In this document: positions 1 through 12,614 of the stretch, piece after piece
Layout: each line of letters opens with the position of its first letter
Position numbering within the stretch: position 1 is the first letter of the stretch
Source of the DNA: Escherichia coli
GTDB lineage: Bacteria > Pseudomonadota > Gammaproteobacteria > Enterobacterales > Enterobacteriaceae
Reading direction: 5' to 3' (one strand)
Assembly (NCBI RefSeq): GCF_022846255.1
Contig: NZ_AP025682.1
DNA length: 64,000 nt
The notes under the pieces: generated by a model
Database searches by the model: none
The model's input: the letters and a program-made list of their open reading frames with translations, nothing else
Told to the model about the DNA's origin: nothing
Translations under genes and position numbers: made by a program

Positions 1-245
1 ATAAACGGTTCCAGTCCTTTGAGCTTACGCATGATCAGCGTGCGGTGTGCCCACGGGCAGGCGAGTGAAACATAGAGATAATAACGATCTTTCTCTGCGG
101 CAAAACCGCCTTTGCCAGTGGGGCCTGGCGCGCCATCGGCAGTGAGCCAGTTACGAAATGCGGAAGCTGAACGTTGAAATTTACCGCCGGTGGATTTGGT
201 ATCGTACCAGGTGTCATGCCAGACGCCGTCAATCAGTTGACCCAT
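1..245 (-). CDS. yqjG: Glutathionyl-hydroquinone reductase YqjG (Xi-class GST), N-terminal part only; gene runs off the window start
   Basis: Reverse-strand ATG at 245..243 translates MGQLIDGVWHDTWYDTKSTGGKFQRSASAFRNWLTADGAPG... and stays open to position 1. Absent from ORF track because truncated by the window edge. Confidence 0.85.
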   Translation of the reverse strand, partial: MGQLIDGVWHDTWYDTKSTGGKFQRSASAFRNWLTADGAPGPTGKGGFAAEKDRYYLYVSLACPWAHRTLIMRKLKGLEPF

Positions 246-314
246 TTTTCTATCCTCCAATAGCAAAAACGAGGAGCTTCCCCCTCGTTTTTTATCGTTA
301 AGTATAGCGCGTGC

Positions 315-707
315 TTACCACTTTTTATTCAGCAGGCGGTCGATGCTGAATGCGCCTGGACCGGTAATTGCCAGCAGCAGGAATCCGCCAGAAATAGTCA
401 GGTTTTTCATGAACATCAGCGAGTTGACGCCTTCAGCAAAGTTGCTGTGAAATAAAAATGCCGTCAGCAGCGTAAAGCCAGCAGTAAACAGGGCTGTGGT
501 ACGTGTCAGGAAACCGAACAGGATTGCCAGACCACCACCAAACTCAAGCAGAATCACCAGCGGCAGCATAAAGCCGGGGACGCCCATTGCTTCCATATAT
601 TGTTGGGTACCCGCGTAGCCAGTAATTTTTCCCCAGCCTGCCGTAATAAACAGAATCGGCATTAAAATACGCGCTACCAGTACACCAACATCTTCTAATT
701 TTTTCAT
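315..707 (-). CDS. yqjF: DoxX-family inner membrane protein YqjF
   Basis: ORF 315..797; likely start is the internal ATG at 707 (MKKLEDVGVLVARILMPILF...), preceded by a GGAG-type RBS, giving about 130 aa with hydrophobic DoxX-like segments. Confidence 0.85.
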   Translation of the reverse strand: MKKLEDVGVLVARILMPILFITAGWGKITGYAGTQQYMEAMGVPGFMLPLVILLEFGGGLAILFGFLTRTTALFTAGFTLLTAFLFHSNFAEGVNSLMFMKNLTISGGFLLLAITGPGAFSIDRLLNKKW

Positions 708-893
708 CATACTCTCCACTGCGCCGCTCAGGCTGCTGATTGTTTTTTTGTGCAAGGGCGCGCTATTAGCGTCGTTGCTGTCGATGGAGAGAATCATAAA
801 CGTGACGAAGCGTGATTGTTAGCAAGGAAAACTGTCAAATATTTTCAAAAAATTTGAGGGATAAGGCCGGAATTTCTCCGGCCAGAGAGGAAG

Positions 894-1193
894 TTAACCG
901 CGAAGCTGTTGTTGCTTGAGGGTTGTTTTCACCAGACGCCAGGCGCTCCATACACCAAAACCGCGTCTGGCCCAGCGGACCAGCATATTAGGATGGCGAA
1001 TCGTCCAGATAGCCATCACGCTACTGCCAACCAGCGCCCAGGAGCGCAGACTCAACAGCATATTCCAGCGACGATCGTAAGCGCCTGTTGCCTCCAGCCA
1101 TTCACGACGAGTGGCGGAAAGATCCAGCCGTTGTTGCTGGATCTGGCTAAGCAGTTGCGCCTTACGTCGTTCACGTTCGACTTTACTGCTCAC
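894..1193 (-). CDS. yqjK: Small uncharacterised protein YqjK
   Basis: ORF 894..1295; recognised protein begins VSSKVERERRKAQLLSQIQQQ at a GTG (1193..1191). Overlaps the yqjE 3' end by 11 nt, suggesting translational coupling. Confidence 0.7.
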   Translation of the reverse strand: MSSKVERERRKAQLLSQIQQQRLDLSATRREWLEATGAYDRRWNMLLSLRSWALVGSSVMAIWTIRHPNMLVRWARRGFGVWSAWRLVKTTLKQQQLRG

Positions 1194-1587
1194 GGGACTC
1201 CTCCTCGAGCAGCTGCCGATCGTTTGCCAGCTCATGGCGCGTGTGGCGCAGCAACGTAGACTTACGCGATTTACGTAACGTCCAGATGCCGCCAATCAGT
1301 GCCAGTAGCAGCAACACCACGGTGGTGGCAATCATCGCATTCAGGCGATATTGCGGATCAACCGCCCAGATAACTAGCACCATCAGGCTCATAAGACCAA
1401 ATGCAGCGAAAAGCATCGTCAGGCCCAGCATCAGTAAAAGTTGAAAGAGATTCGCTTTTTCCTCTTCCAGCTCCACCACCGCCAGCCGCAGACGTGTCTC
1501 CACCATTTCAACCATGATGGAAACAATTCGCTGCCCGATGCCCAGAACGCTTTTACCGGGCCCTTGCGCGTGATGAGTGTCCGCCAT
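1183..1587 (-). CDS. yqjE: DUF1469 inner membrane protein YqjE
   Basis: ORF 1183..1656; recognised start MADTHHAQGPGKSVLGIGQRIV at internal ATG 1587; two hydrophobic helices. Confidence 0.85.
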   Translation of the reverse strand: MADTHHAQGPGKSVLGIGQRIVSIMVEMVETRLRLAVVELEEEKANLFQLLLMLGLTMLFAAFGLMSLMVLVIWAVDPQYRLNAMIATTVVLLLLALIGGIWTLRKSRKSTLLRHTRHELANDRQLLEEESREQ

Positions 1588-1589
1588 AA

Positions 1590-1895
1590 TTAACGACGCG
1601 ACAGCAGAACGCCGAGCACTACACCGATTGCTGCGCCAATGCCCACGCCCGTCCACGGATTTTCACGCACATACTCATCGGCACGCGCCGCCGCGACACG
1701 GGTTTGTTTGGCAATGGCATCACCGGTTTCACCCAGGCGATAACGGCTCTGTTTCAGTGCCTGCTCCGCTTTGCTACGAATCTTACTCAACTCTTCTTTT
1801 GACTTCTCGCCAGATGAGCTAAGCACCTCTTCCAGCGTATCGGAAAGGGATTTCAACTCAGCACGCAGATGTTCCGTAGTGTGTTCTTTCGACAT
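1590..1895 (-). CDS. yqjD: Ribosome-associated, membrane-anchored protein YqjD (ElaB/YgaM family)
   Basis: 101-aa ORF MSKEHTTEHLRAELKSLSDTLEEVL... with C-terminal TM anchor GVGIGAAIGVVLGVLLSRR; 2 nt from yqjE start. Confidence 0.9.
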   Translation of the reverse strand: MSKEHTTEHLRAELKSLSDTLEEVLSSSGEKSKEELSKIRSKAEQALKQSRYRLGETGDAIAKQTRVAAARADEYVRENPWTGVGIGAAIGVVLGVLLSRR

Positions 1896-1932
1896 AGTTT
1901 TCTCCAGGTGAGTAAGTAGTGACTATTGTGAG

Positions 1933-2301
1933 TTAGTAGTCGCGCGCTTTCAGCTTTTTCAGCTCTTCCTGCGCTTCTGCCAGTTTCCGTTCGCGTTTGG
2001 CAATCTTATCTGCATCGCCTTTTTGCTTCGCCTCGGCTAAATCTTGCTGGCGTTCCGCCACCTCATCTTTCTGCTTTGCGATTTTCTTCTGATGATCGGC
2101 ACGCAGCTGGCTATCTGAACAGTTGGCCCGGACTTCACTCAGGGCTTTATTCAGACCGTCAATACGATTCTGGTTTTGGTGTTTTTCGGCATAGCTGATC
2201 TCCTTAAGGATATTTTGCTCCTTTTCCTGACACAGGGTAGTGGCATAACTACCGGCACTAAGAGCAAAGAGAGAAACAGCTAAAGCGATGCGGTATTTCA
2301 T
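1933..2301 (-). CDS. yqjC: Periplasmic DUF1090 protein YqjC
   Basis: ORF 1933..2316; preferred start ATG 2301 (MKYRIALAVSLFALSAGSYA signal peptide) with GGAAGG RBS 7 nt upstream; lysine/glutamate-rich coiled-coil body. Confidence 0.85.
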   Translation of the reverse strand: MKYRIALAVSLFALSAGSYATTLCQEKEQNILKEISYAEKHQNQNRIDGLNKALSEVRANCSDSQLRADHQKKIAKQKDEVAERQQDLAEAKQKGDADKIAKRERKLAEAQEELKKLKARDY

Positions 2302-2447
2302 TCTTGAACCTTCCATTGTGATTCGGACCTATTACAAAGGAACGATTGTCCAGACAACGAAGCGGTAGTGTTAACCACCGCCTCATTAATCATAGACAGT
2401 TACGGTGAAATCACCAAAGTGAGTGATCTGTTTCGGATAACAGGAAG

Positions 2448-2831
2448 TTATCCGAAGCGATGAGAGTTATCCCGCAACCGGGTCAGCCACTGCATAGCCT
2501 GACTGTTATTGTCCTGCTGCGCAATGATGTAGCCATGGGGCAATGTTCTGTCGAGGACCGCTTTTGCGGCGGCGCTCTGGTCGCTGGAGTCAAAGGTAAT
2601 TAACAGAGTGTCGTTTTTGGGGGTGATACTTTTGAAAGGAATGCCGTGAGCGTCAAGGTGATGCCAGATTGAAAAACCGTCTGGCATCGTTGTCCCTTGA
2701 TGAACGGCACGAATCGCCAGCGTAGACTCTTGCTGGCGAACCGCGGACCAGGCCAGCAATAGTGTGCTGACCAGAAGTAAAACAGCGCCGGACCAGGCTA
2801 GCTGGCGAAGTGACATGCGAGGTATTTGCAT
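2448..2831 (-). CDS. mzrA: Modulator of EnvZ/OmpR, MzrA
   Basis: 127-aa ORF with N-terminal TM segment ([21 protein letters not shown]) and periplasmic domain; matches MzrA as recalled. Confidence 0.9.
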   Translation of the reverse strand: MQIPRMSLRQLAWSGAVLLLVSTLLLAWSAVRQQESTLAIRAVHQGTTMPDGFSIWHHLDAHGIPFKSITPKNDTLLITFDSSDQSAAAKAVLDRTLPHGYIIAQQDNNSQAMQWLTRLRDNSHRFG

Positions 2832-2834
2832 CCC

Positions 2835-3497
2835 TTACCCCCGATTTCCATATTTCTTTTTCCATAACACGACCAGAGAACCTGCCAGGCCAAACACCAG
2901 CAGCACCACCGGGAGCAGCATCAGGCATGACATCAGCTGGTCCTCGTACTTTAAAAATACCGGCGTTTTGCCGAGCATGTAACCCAGAGTTGTCAGGATC
3001 AACACCCACAGCAGACCACTCATCCAGTTGAAGAACTGAAAGCGCGCGTTATTCAGCCCTGATAACCCGGCAATCGTCGGCAGCAGTGTTCTGACAAACG
3101 CAATAAAGCGACCAATTAACAGCGCCGATAAACCGTGTTTATGAAAAAGATGGTGTGCGCGTTGATGATAATGCGCGGGTAAATGAGATAGCCAGTTTTG
3201 TACTGTGCGGGTATTGCCCAGCCATCGCCCCTGAATATAGCTGACCCAGCAACCGAGGCTGGCGGCAACGGTCAGCAGCAGAATCGTTTGCGGATAGCCC
3301 ATCGCGCCTTTCGCAATCAATACGCCGACCAACACCAGTAAACTGTCGCCCGGTAAAAAGGCCGCCGGAAGCAAGCCGTTTTCAAGGAACAAAATTACAA
3401 ACAAGACAAAATACAACATGCCAATCATCGACGGATTGGCCAGGGTTTCAAAATCCTGCGCCCACAGGGCTTGCAGCAATTGGGTCAAAAGTTCCAT
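2835..3497 (-). CDS. yqjA: DedA-family inner membrane protein YqjA
   Basis: 220-aa [27 protein letters not shown]...; multi-pass membrane protein, DedA/SNARE-associated family. Confidence 0.92.
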   Translation of the reverse strand: MELLTQLLQALWAQDFETLANPSMIGMLYFVLFVILFLENGLLPAAFLPGDSLLVLVGVLIAKGAMGYPQTILLLTVAASLGCWVSYIQGRWLGNTRTVQNWLSHLPAHYHQRAHHLFHKHGLSALLIGRFIAFVRTLLPTIAGLSGLNNARFQFFNWMSGLLWVLILTTLGYMLGKTPVFLKYEDQLMSCLMLLPVVLLVFGLAGSLVVLWKKKYGNRG

Positions 3498-3841
3498 TCA
3501 TTATTCCTGGTGAATCGGTTAACGCCACGCTGGTTTTAAAAGATGCACTACCGCAATGTTATTGCTGTTTTGGTATGTTTTGCGGGTTTGATACATCAAC
3601 ACAGCCTGAACTATTCCCTGTTAAATCGTGAGATAAGAAAGCATTCAAAAGCATAAATTCAAATTGAATCTAATTGTAACAAAGGTCAACGTTGTTCGTT
3701 ATCAAAATTACATGTCCGTAGAGTCTGATTTTGCTGATTGCAGGGGAGGGTGGCGAGAGGATTTACACAGGCTGACACTTTATACTTTTCGCTTACCGAC
3801 GAAGCAAACAGGCGCATTGCAGCGCCTGTCGGATGGAAATT

Positions 3842-4618
3842 TCATTTGCTGCCGCTGGTGGCCGTATCGAGATGCACTACCGGGTTTTCTGCGAACAGAT
3901 AGCGGTCGGCATTGAACTCGAAATCGTCGCTGGTTTCGTTAAATAACATGATTTTGGTGTTTTCCAGATGCTGCCACATTGCCAGCTTAGCAGCATGAGG
4001 ATCTTTGCGAATTAACGCCTTGAGGATCTGATCGTGGTCATCGCACCAGTTATCGACAGTACGGGCATCAATGTGTTCGTGTAGTTTTTTCCAGTACGGG
4101 TTATGGCTACGTTGGGTCCACATTTTTTCCACGATAGCCGCCAGGGCGGAGTTCTGCGTCGCCAGAGCTACCTGAATGTGGAACTGCAAATCCCACTCGG
4201 AATCACGGAAGCATTGTTCGCCGCGCGCCTGCTCCTGGATGGCCATCAATTTCATGATGTCCTGTTTCGTTACCTGAGTTGCCGCGAACTCGGCAATATT
4301 ACTTTCGATGAGCTGGCGAGCCTGGAGCAACTCAAACGGACCGTAATTGGCGAATTCCATATTATTGTCCGCCGCCTGCTGATGACGCGGCTGGTTGGAA
4401 ACCACGTGAATACCTGAACCTTTACGCACCTCCACATAGCCTTCAACTTCCAGCATGATGATGGCTTCACGAACCACGGTGCGGCTGACGTTTTTTTCAT
4501 CGGCAATAAAGCGCTCAGCAGGCAGTTTATCACCCACCAGATAGACGCCCTGTTCGATGCGCTCTTTCAGATCAGCGGCAAGTTGTTGATACAAACGGCG
4601 TGGTTCAGTGATTTCCAT
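3842..4618 (-). CDS. exuR: GntR/FadR-family repressor of hexuronate genes, ExuR
   Basis: ORF 3842..4633; recognised start [26 protein letters not shown] at ATG 4618; N-terminal GntR HTH, FadR-like C-terminal domain. Confidence 0.93.
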   Translation of the reverse strand: MEITEPRRLYQQLAADLKERIEQGVYLVGDKLPAERFIADEKNVSRTVVREAIIMLEVEGYVEVRKGSGIHVVSNQPRHQQAADNNMEFANYGPFELLQARQLIESNIAEFAATQVTKQDIMKLMAIQEQARGEQCFRDSEWDLQFHIQVALATQNSALAAIVEKMWTQRSHNPYWKKLHEHIDARTVDNWCDDHDQILKALIRKDPHAAKLAMWQHLENTKIMLFNETSDDFEFNADRYLFAENPVVHLDTATSGSK

Positions 4619-4747
4619 ATGCGCTCCAGGCATGATACGGCAGACTATATTTGTTATACCACTTTTGCGAGTTTAGCTCTACTCACAGTGATGAAAAAGC
4701 CGCCTGAGAAGGCGGCTTTGAAGGGAAACTAAAACTTACACGAAGCC

Positions 4748-6046
4748 TTAATGTTGCGGTGCGGGATCGTTATGTGATTCCTGCGCCACCTCAATCGCCG
4801 GTTTGTTCTGCAACACGGTCCAGATAACCAGCGCACCTAACAGGTCGAACACTGCCAGAACTGCGAACAGCGGGCTGAAGCCGATGGTGTCAGCCAGTGC
4901 ACCGACTACCAGTGCAAACAGCGTACTTGCCAGCCATGCGGACATCCCGGTTAAACCGTTCGCCGTCGCCACTTCGTTACGACCGAACACGTCAGAAGAG
5001 AGCGTAATCAGTGCGCCAGACAGTGCCTGGTGAGCAAAACCACCGATACACAGCAGCATAATCGCGACATACGGGTTGGTGAACAGACCGATCATACCCG
5101 GGCCAATCATCAGCACCGCACCCAGCGTTACGACCATCTTACGGGAAACGATCAGGTTCACACCAAACCAACGCTGGAACAGCGGCGGCAGGTAACCACC
5201 GAGGATACAACCGAGGTCAGCAAACAGCATCGGCATCCAGGCAAACATCGCGATCTCTTTCAGGTTAAAGCCGTAAACTTTAAACATGAACAGCGGGATC
5301 CACGCGTTAAAAGTACCCCAGGCCGGTTCTGCCAGGAAACGCGGCAGCGCGATACCCCAGAACTGACGGTTACGCAGGATCTGACCAACGGACATTTTCT
5401 TCGCCGTGCTCACCTGGTGCTGGGCTTCCTGACCATTAATAATGTAGTCGCGTTCTTCATCGGTCAGATGCTTCTGGTCGCGCGGATGTTTATAGAAAAT
5501 CAGCCATGCCATCGCCCAGATAAAGCTCAACGCACCGGAGATGATAAATGCCATCTGCCAGCTGTGCATTACGATTGCCCATACCACCAGCGGCGGCGCA
5601 ATCATCGCACCAATCGAAGAACCTACGTTAAAGTAGCCTACTGCGATGGAACGCTCTTTCGCCGGGAACCATTCGGAGCTGGCTTTCAGACCCGCCGGAA
5701 TCATCGCGGCTTCCGCGGCACCGACCGCACCACGAGCAACAGCCAGGCCACCCCAGCTACCAGCCAGCGCGGTTGCACCACAGAACACGGCCCACAGTAC
5801 AGCAAACATTGCATAACCGATTTTCGTACCCAGCACATCCAGTACATAACCCGCTACCGGTTGCATGACCGTATAAGCAGCAGAATACGCTGCGATGATA
5901 TAGGAATACTGTTGGGTGGAGATGTTTAACTCTTCCATCAGAGTTGGCGCAGCTGCCGCCACAGTGTTACGCGTCAGGTAACCAAGCACGGTGCCGAGCG
6001 TCACCAGTGCGATCATATACCAACGTAACCCTTTAATTTTACGCAT
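4748..6046 (-). CDS. exuT: Hexuronate MFS transporter ExuT
   Basis: ORF 4748..6166; start at ATG 6046 (MRKIKGLRWYMIALVTLGTVLGY...) with GAGG RBS; 432 aa, 12-TM MFS profile. Confidence 0.93.
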   Translation of the reverse strand: MRKIKGLRWYMIALVTLGTVLGYLTRNTVAAAAPTLMEELNISTQQYSYIIAAYSAAYTVMQPVAGYVLDVLGTKIGYAMFAVLWAVFCGATALAGSWGGLAVARGAVGAAEAAMIPAGLKASSEWFPAKERSIAVGYFNVGSSIGAMIAPPLVVWAIVMHSWQMAFIISGALSFIWAMAWLIFYKHPRDQKHLTDEERDYIINGQEAQHQVSTAKKMSVGQILRNRQFWGIALPRFLAEPAWGTFNAWIPLFMFKVYGFNLKEIAMFAWMPMLFADLGCILGGYLPPLFQRWFGVNLIVSRKMVVTLGAVLMIGPGMIGLFTNPYVAIMLLCIGGFAHQALSGALITLSSDVFGRNEVATANGLTGMSAWLASTLFALVVGALADTIGFSPLFAVLAVFDLLGALVIWTVLQNKPAIEVAQESHNDPAPQH

Positions 6047-6277
6047 GTAAAACCTCATCGTTTTGTTATATCCGCAGGAAGCGCGGCCATCATCCCGCCA
6101 GAGGCTGAAGATGTTAGTTACGACCGGGTAACCGAAAAAAAACCGGCACGCCCCGAACGTTGCCATGAAAGTTTCGTGCTAATTCGGCTTCCGTACCGGT
6201 TAACCCGATTCATCTAACAAATGAATGAATCGGCAATTTGCATTCCGTCGACTTATGATTTGCGACGGCAGAAAGAT

Positions 6278-6294
6278 AACTTGTCATACAACTT
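6278..6294. promoter_or_regulatory. Imperfect palindrome AACTTGTCATACAACTT in exuT-uxaC divergent control region; candidate ExuR/UxuR-type operator
   Basis: Seen in sequence; half-sites match 6 of 7. Position between divergent hexuronate genes fits known ExuR control; operator assignment is inference. Confidence 0.35.
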
Positions 6295-6426
6295 TAAAAG
6301 GTGAGAGCCATCACAAATGTGCGAATATTTGTAGGGACATTACCTGACGACGGCGAGGCCAGTACTGGCGCGGCCTGCAGCGAGATTTACCACTTTGAGA
6401 GTAATTTTTTTAACTACGTTTATTGA

Positions 6427-7941
<1,515 letters not shown>

Positions 7942-7955
7942 GGTCTGGGGTTGAT

Positions 7956-9443
7956 ATGCAATACATCAAGATCCATGCGCTGGATAACGTCGCGGTTGCT
8001 TTAGCGGATTTGGCTGAAGGCACAGAAGTCAGTGTCGATAACCAGACTGTTACGCTGCGCCAGGATGTTGCTCGTGGACATAAATTTGCGTTAACGGATA
8101 TCGCAAAAGGGGCCAACGTCATTAAATATGGCCTGCCGATTGGTTATGCATTGGCGGATATTGCGGCGGGGGAACACGTCCACGCCCACAATACGCGCAC
8201 GAATCTGAGCGATCTGGATCAGTATCGCTATCAACCTGATTTTCAGGAGCTGCCTGCGCAAGCGGCAGATCGTGAAGTGCAGATCTATCGTCGCGCTAAC
8301 GGCGATGTCGGGGTGCGTAATGAGCTGTGGATCCTGCCAACCGTGGGCTGTGTCAACGGCATCGCGCGGCAGATCCAAAATCGTTTCCTGAAAGAGACCA
8401 ACAACGCCGAAGGTACTGACGGCGTGTTCCTCTTCAGCCACACCTACGGCTGCTCACAGCTGGGCGACGATCACATCAATACCCGCACCATGCTGCAAAA
8501 CATGGTGCGCCACCCGAACGCAGGCGCAGTGCTGGTGATTGGTCTGGGCTGTGAAAACAACCAGGTTGCCGCATTCCGTGAAACGCTGGGCGATATCGAT
8601 CCTGAACGCGTTCATTTCATGATCTGCCAACAGCAGGATGATGAGATCGAGGCCGGGATCGCGCATTTGCATCAGCTGTATAACGTGATGCGCAATGACA
8701 AGCGTGAGCCGGGCAAACTCAGCGAGCTGAAGTTTGGTCTGGAGTGCGGCGGTTCCGACGGTCTTTCTGGTATTACTGCTAACCCAATGCTGGGGCGTTT
8801 CTCTGATTACGTCATCGCTAACGGCGGCACTACCGTGCTGACCGAAGTACCGGAAATGTTCGGCGCAGAGCAGTTGCTGATGGACCATTGCCGCGACGAA
8901 GCAACGTTTGAAAAACTGGTCACCATGGTCAACGACTTCAAACAGTACTTTATTGCCCATGACCAGCCGATCTACGAAAACCCATCACCGGGGAACAAAG
9001 CAGGCGGTATCACCACGCTGGAAGATAAATCGCTTGGCTGTACCCAGAAAGCGGGTTCCAGTGTCGTGGTTGACGTGCTGCGTTACGGCGAGCGTCTGAA
9101 AACGCCGGGGCTGAACTTGTTAAGTGCGCCGGGTAACGATGCCGTAGCGACCAGCGCCCTGGCGGGTGCGGGCTGCCATATGGTGCTGTTCAGTACTGGT
9201 CGTGGCACGCCGTATGGTGGATTTGTGCCGACGGTGAAAATCGCCACCAACAGTGAACTGGCGGCGAAGAAAAAACACTGGATCGACTTTGACGCGGGTC
9301 AGCTGATCCACGGTAAAGCGATGCCGCAGTTGCTGGAAGAATTTATCGACACCATCGTTGAGTTTGCCAATGGTAAACAAACCTGCAACGAGCGTAACGA
9401 CTTCCGCGAACTGGCGATCTTCAAAAGCGGCGTAACGCTATAA
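7956..9443 (+). CDS. uxaA: Altronate dehydratase UxaA
   Basis: 495-aa ORF MQYIKIHALDNVAVALADLAEG..., 14 nt downstream of uxaC (operon). Confidence 0.95.
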   Translation: MQYIKIHALDNVAVALADLAEGTEVSVDNQTVTLRQDVARGHKFALTDIAKGANVIKYGLPIGYALADIAAGEHVHAHNTRTNLSDLDQYRYQPDFQELPAQAADREVQIYRRANGDVGVRNELWILPTVGCVNGIARQIQNRFLKETNNAEGTDGVFLFSHTYGCSQLGDDHINTRTMLQNMVRHPNAGAVLVIGLGCENNQVAAFRETLGDIDPERVHFMICQQQDDEIEAGIAHLHQLYNVMRNDKREPGKLSELKFGLECGGSDGLSGITANPMLGRFSDYVIANGGTTVLTEVPEMFGAEQLLMDHCRDEATFEKLVTMVNDFKQYFIAHDQPIYENPSPGNKAGGITTLEDKSLGCTQKAGSSVVVDVLRYGERLKTPGLNLLSAPGNDAVATSALAGAGCHMVLFSTGRGTPYGGFVPTVKIATNSELAAKKKHWIDFDAGQLIHGKAMPQLLEEFIDTIVEFANGKQTCNERNDFRELAIFKSGVTL

Positions 9444-9525
9444 AGTCGAAATGAGTTGTTAATAAAAAACGGCGTTTCATAATGTGAAGCGCCGTTTGCT
9501 TTTCCATACCTGCTAAGGATTTATC

Positions 9526-10077
9526 ATGACCGCGTATTGGCTGGCCCAGGGCGTGGGTGTCATCGCCTTTCTGATTGGTATCACAACATTTTTCAATCGT
9601 GACGAACGTCGCTTCAAAAAGCAACTTTCGGTCTATAGCGCCGTTATTGGCGTACATTTTTTTCTTCTGGGCACCTATCCTGCCGGTGCCAGTGCCATCC
9701 TTAATGCCATTCGTACATTGATTACCTTACGCACGCGCAGCTTATGGGTAATGGCGATTTTTATTGTGCTGACTGGCGGAATTGGCCTCGCGAAGTTCCA
9801 TCATCCTGTCGAACTATTGCCGGTAATCGGCACGATTGTCAGTACCTGGGCGCTGTTCCGCTGTAAAGGGCTGACCATGCGCTGCGTAATGTGGTTTTCA
9901 ACGTGTTGCTGGGTGATTCACAACTTCTGGGCGGGGTCGATAGGCGGCACGATGATTGAAGGCAGTTTTCTGCTGATGAATGGCCTGAATATCATTCGTT
10001 TCTGGCGTATGCAGAGAAGGGGAATTGATCCGTTTAAAGTGGAGAAAACCCCTTCCGCCGTAGACGAAAGGGGCTAA
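9526..10077 (+). CDS. ygjV: Inner membrane protein YgjV
   Basis: 183-aa hydrophobic ORF MTAYWLAQGVGVIAFLIGITTFF...; convergent with sstT with a 3-nt gap. Confidence 0.85.
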   Translation: MTAYWLAQGVGVIAFLIGITTFFNRDERRFKKQLSVYSAVIGVHFFLLGTYPAGASAILNAIRTLITLRTRSLWVMAIFIVLTGGIGLAKFHHPVELLPVIGTIVSTWALFRCKGLTMRCVMWFSTCCWVIHNFWAGSIGGTMIEGSFLLMNGLNIIRFWRMQRRGIDPFKVEKTPSAVDERG

Positions 10078-10080
10078 GTA

Positions 10081-11325
10081 TTAGTTACGCAGGGCGCTAT
10101 TTGCCAGACGATCGTCTTCCGCCTGGCAAGCTGCCGCAGTGAACAGCACGTCAGTTGACGAGTTCAGCGCGGTTTCACAGGAGTCCTGCAATACGCCGAT
10201 AATAAAGCCGACAGCAACCACCTGCATGGCGATATCGTTCGAAATACCGAACATATTACAGGCCAGTGGGATCAGCAACAGAGACCCCCCCGCCACGCCG
10301 GATGCGCCACAGGCACACAGAGAAGCCACTACGCTCAACAGCAGCGCTGTGGGCAGATCAACCGGAATACCCAGCGTATTAACCGCAGCTAGCGTCAACA
10401 CGGTAATGGTGATTGCTGCGCCTGCCATATTGATGGTGGCTCCCAGCGGAATAGAAACGGAATAGGTATCGCGATCCAGATTCAGCTTTTCACACAGCGC
10501 CATATTCACCGGAATGTTCGCCGCAGAGCTGCGGGTGAAGAAGGCATACACGCCGCTTTCGCGCAGGCACAGCAGCACCAGCGGGAACGGGTTACGACGA
10601 ATTTTCCACCATACCAGCAGTGGGTTAACCACCAGCGCCACCAGCAGCATACAGCCAACCAGTACCACCAGCAGTTGCGCGTAGCCCCACAGCGTGGAGA
10701 AACCGGTGGTTGCCAGGGTAGAAGAAACCAGACCAAAAATACCGATCGGTGCGAAGTGAATCACCAGTTTCACCATAAAGGTAACGGCATTCGACATATC
10801 GTTGACCAGGTTTTTGGTGGTTTCGTTACCGTGACGCAGTGCGAAACCGAGGCCAATTGCCCACACCAGGATCCCGATATAGTTACCTTTCAGCAGCGCG
10901 TCAATGGGGTTGGAAACCATGCTCATTACCAGCCCGCGCATCACTTCTACAATGCCTGACGGCGGCGAAATATCACCCGCGCTACTGGACAAGTGCAGGG
11001 TAGAAGGGAAGGCAAAACTGAAGATTACTGCGGCCAGAGCAGCAGAGAAGGTGCCCAGCAGATAGAGGAACAAAATAGGGCGGATATTGGTTTTCTGCCC
11101 GTGCTGGTGGTTAGCAATAGATGCCATTACCAGCATCAACACCAGGATGGGGGCAACGGCTTTCAGTGCGCCGACGAACAAAGTGCCTAACAGACCAACA
11201 GCTTCTGCCGCCGGTTTTGAGATCCATGCCAGAAGAATCCCCAGAACAAGGCCGACCAGGATTTGTTTTACCAGGCTGCCATGAGCCAGACGCCGGAATA
11301 GCCCCGGTGAACGTTGCGTAGTCAT
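10081..11325 (-). CDS. sstT: Na+-coupled serine/threonine symporter SstT
   Basis: 414-aa [32 protein letters not shown]...; DAACS-family transporter. Confidence 0.93.
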   Translation of the reverse strand: MTTQRSPGLFRRLAHGSLVKQILVGLVLGILLAWISKPAAEAVGLLGTLFVGALKAVAPILVLMLVMASIANHQHGQKTNIRPILFLYLLGTFSAALAAVIFSFAFPSTLHLSSSAGDISPPSGIVEVMRGLVMSMVSNPIDALLKGNYIGILVWAIGLGFALRHGNETTKNLVNDMSNAVTFMVKLVIHFAPIGIFGLVSSTLATTGFSTLWGYAQLLVVLVGCMLLVALVVNPLLVWWKIRRNPFPLVLLCLRESGVYAFFTRSSAANIPVNMALCEKLNLDRDTYSVSIPLGATINMAGAAITITVLTLAAVNTLGIPVDLPTALLLSVVASLCACGASGVAGGSLLLIPLACNMFGISNDIAMQVVAVGFIIGVLQDSCETALNSSTDVLFTAAACQAEDDRLANSALRN

Positions 11326-11648
11326 TTTTCGATCCTTTCATTGTGTTGTCGCACATCCCTGGTGCGTTCTGTCGACGCATCTTTCAGGATGTAACAAAGT
11401 GTTTGCAAGGTCGAGTATAAGGAAAGTTACAGCTTCGGGAAGCGAAAAATGCTGGATTTTAAAGAGAGGTTATATTTCGCAACTTAATGGTTACATTTAT
11501 TTAACATAAAAATAAAGCCCAACGTGCGGCTTCCAGACTGATGACAACGTCAAAAAAGTACTCGGTCAGTCCCCTCGCCCCTTTTGGGGAGAGGGAGAAA
11601 ACGGTGCTCATGTTGATGACAGAGTACACGGCTTAGGCAGATTAAAAA

Positions 11649-12614
11649 TTATTCTACCCGCTGCTTATCATGCCGATAATTCACCCAGGCGTTGATAATA
11701 AACGTCATCACCAGAATGCCAAACACCACGCCCAGCGAGACGGCGATCGGAATATGGTAGAAGTCGACAATCAGCATCTTGATACCGATAAACACCAGAA
11801 TCACCGCCAGACCATATTTGAGCATCGAGAAACGCTCTGCCACACCTGCCAGCAGGAAATACATCGCACGCAGGCCGAGGATCGCAAACAGGTTTGAGGT
11901 CAGCACAATAAACGGATCGGTGGTCACGGCGAAGATAGCCGGAATACTATCCACGGCGAAAATCACGTCGCTCAACTCCACCAGAATCAGCACCAGCATC
12001 AGCGGCGTGGCATACAACAAACCATTTTTACGCACAAAGAAATGCTCGTTGTCGATGGTGTCGGTCATGCGCAAATGACCGCGTAGCCAGCGCACCAGCG
12101 GCTTGTCGCCAATGCCTGATTCATCTTCATGAGCGAGCGCCATCTTCACGCCGGTAAACAGCAGGAAGGCTCCGAAGATATACAGGATCCAGTCGAACTG
12201 TGAAATCAGCCAGCTACCAGTGAAGATCATGATGGTACGCAGAACAATCGCCCCGAGTACGCCATACACCAGCACGCGGCGTTGTAATGCCGCCGGAACA
12301 GAGAAATAGCTGAACAACATCAGCCAGACAAAGACGTTATCGACCGCCAGCGATTTCTCAATCAGATAACCGGTGAGGAAGGCCAGTGCCTGTGGATCGG
12401 CAACGGCGCGACCTTCGGTTTGCACCAGATACCACCAGAAAGCGGCGTTAAACAGTAACGACAGCGTCACCCAGACCAGCGACCAGGCCGCAGCCTGTTT
12501 CATGGTCATGGCATGTGCCCCACGACGCCCCTGCAACAACAGGTCGATAGCCAGCATAATGGCGACAACAACAGCGAATCCGCCCCATAGCAACGGCGTG
12601 CCGACAGTATTCAT
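11649..12614 (-). CDS. alx: TerC-family membrane protein Alx
   Basis: 321-aa [29 protein letters not shown]...; ATG at 12614 preceded by AAGGAA. Confidence 0.9.
   Translation of the reverse strand: MNTVGTPLLWGGFAVVVAIMLAIDLLLQGRRGAHAMTMKQAAAWSLVWVTLSLLFNAAFWWYLVQTEGRAVADPQALAFLTGYLIEKSLAVDNVFVWLMLFSYFSVPAALQRRVLVYGVLGAIVLRTIMIFTGSWLISQFDWILYIFGAFLLFTGVKMALAHEDESGIGDKPLVRWLRGHLRMTDTIDNEHFFVRKNGLLYATPLMLVLILVELSDVIFAVDSIPAIFAVTTDPFIVLTSNLFAILGLRAMYFLLAGVAERFSMLKYGLAVILVFIGIKMLIVDFYHIPIAVSLGVVFGILVMTFIINAWVNYRHDKQRVE

Noticed and set aside
3664-3915. 83-aa forward ORF in the yqjA-exuR region
   Set aside because: Overlaps the exuR 3' end on the opposite strand and lacks an RBS; more likely promoter or terminator DNA.
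5030-5929. 299-aa forward ORF antisense to exuT
   Set aside because: Lies entirely within the well-supported exuT gene on the opposite strand; Arg/His/Thr-rich composition typical of a shadow frame; no RBS.
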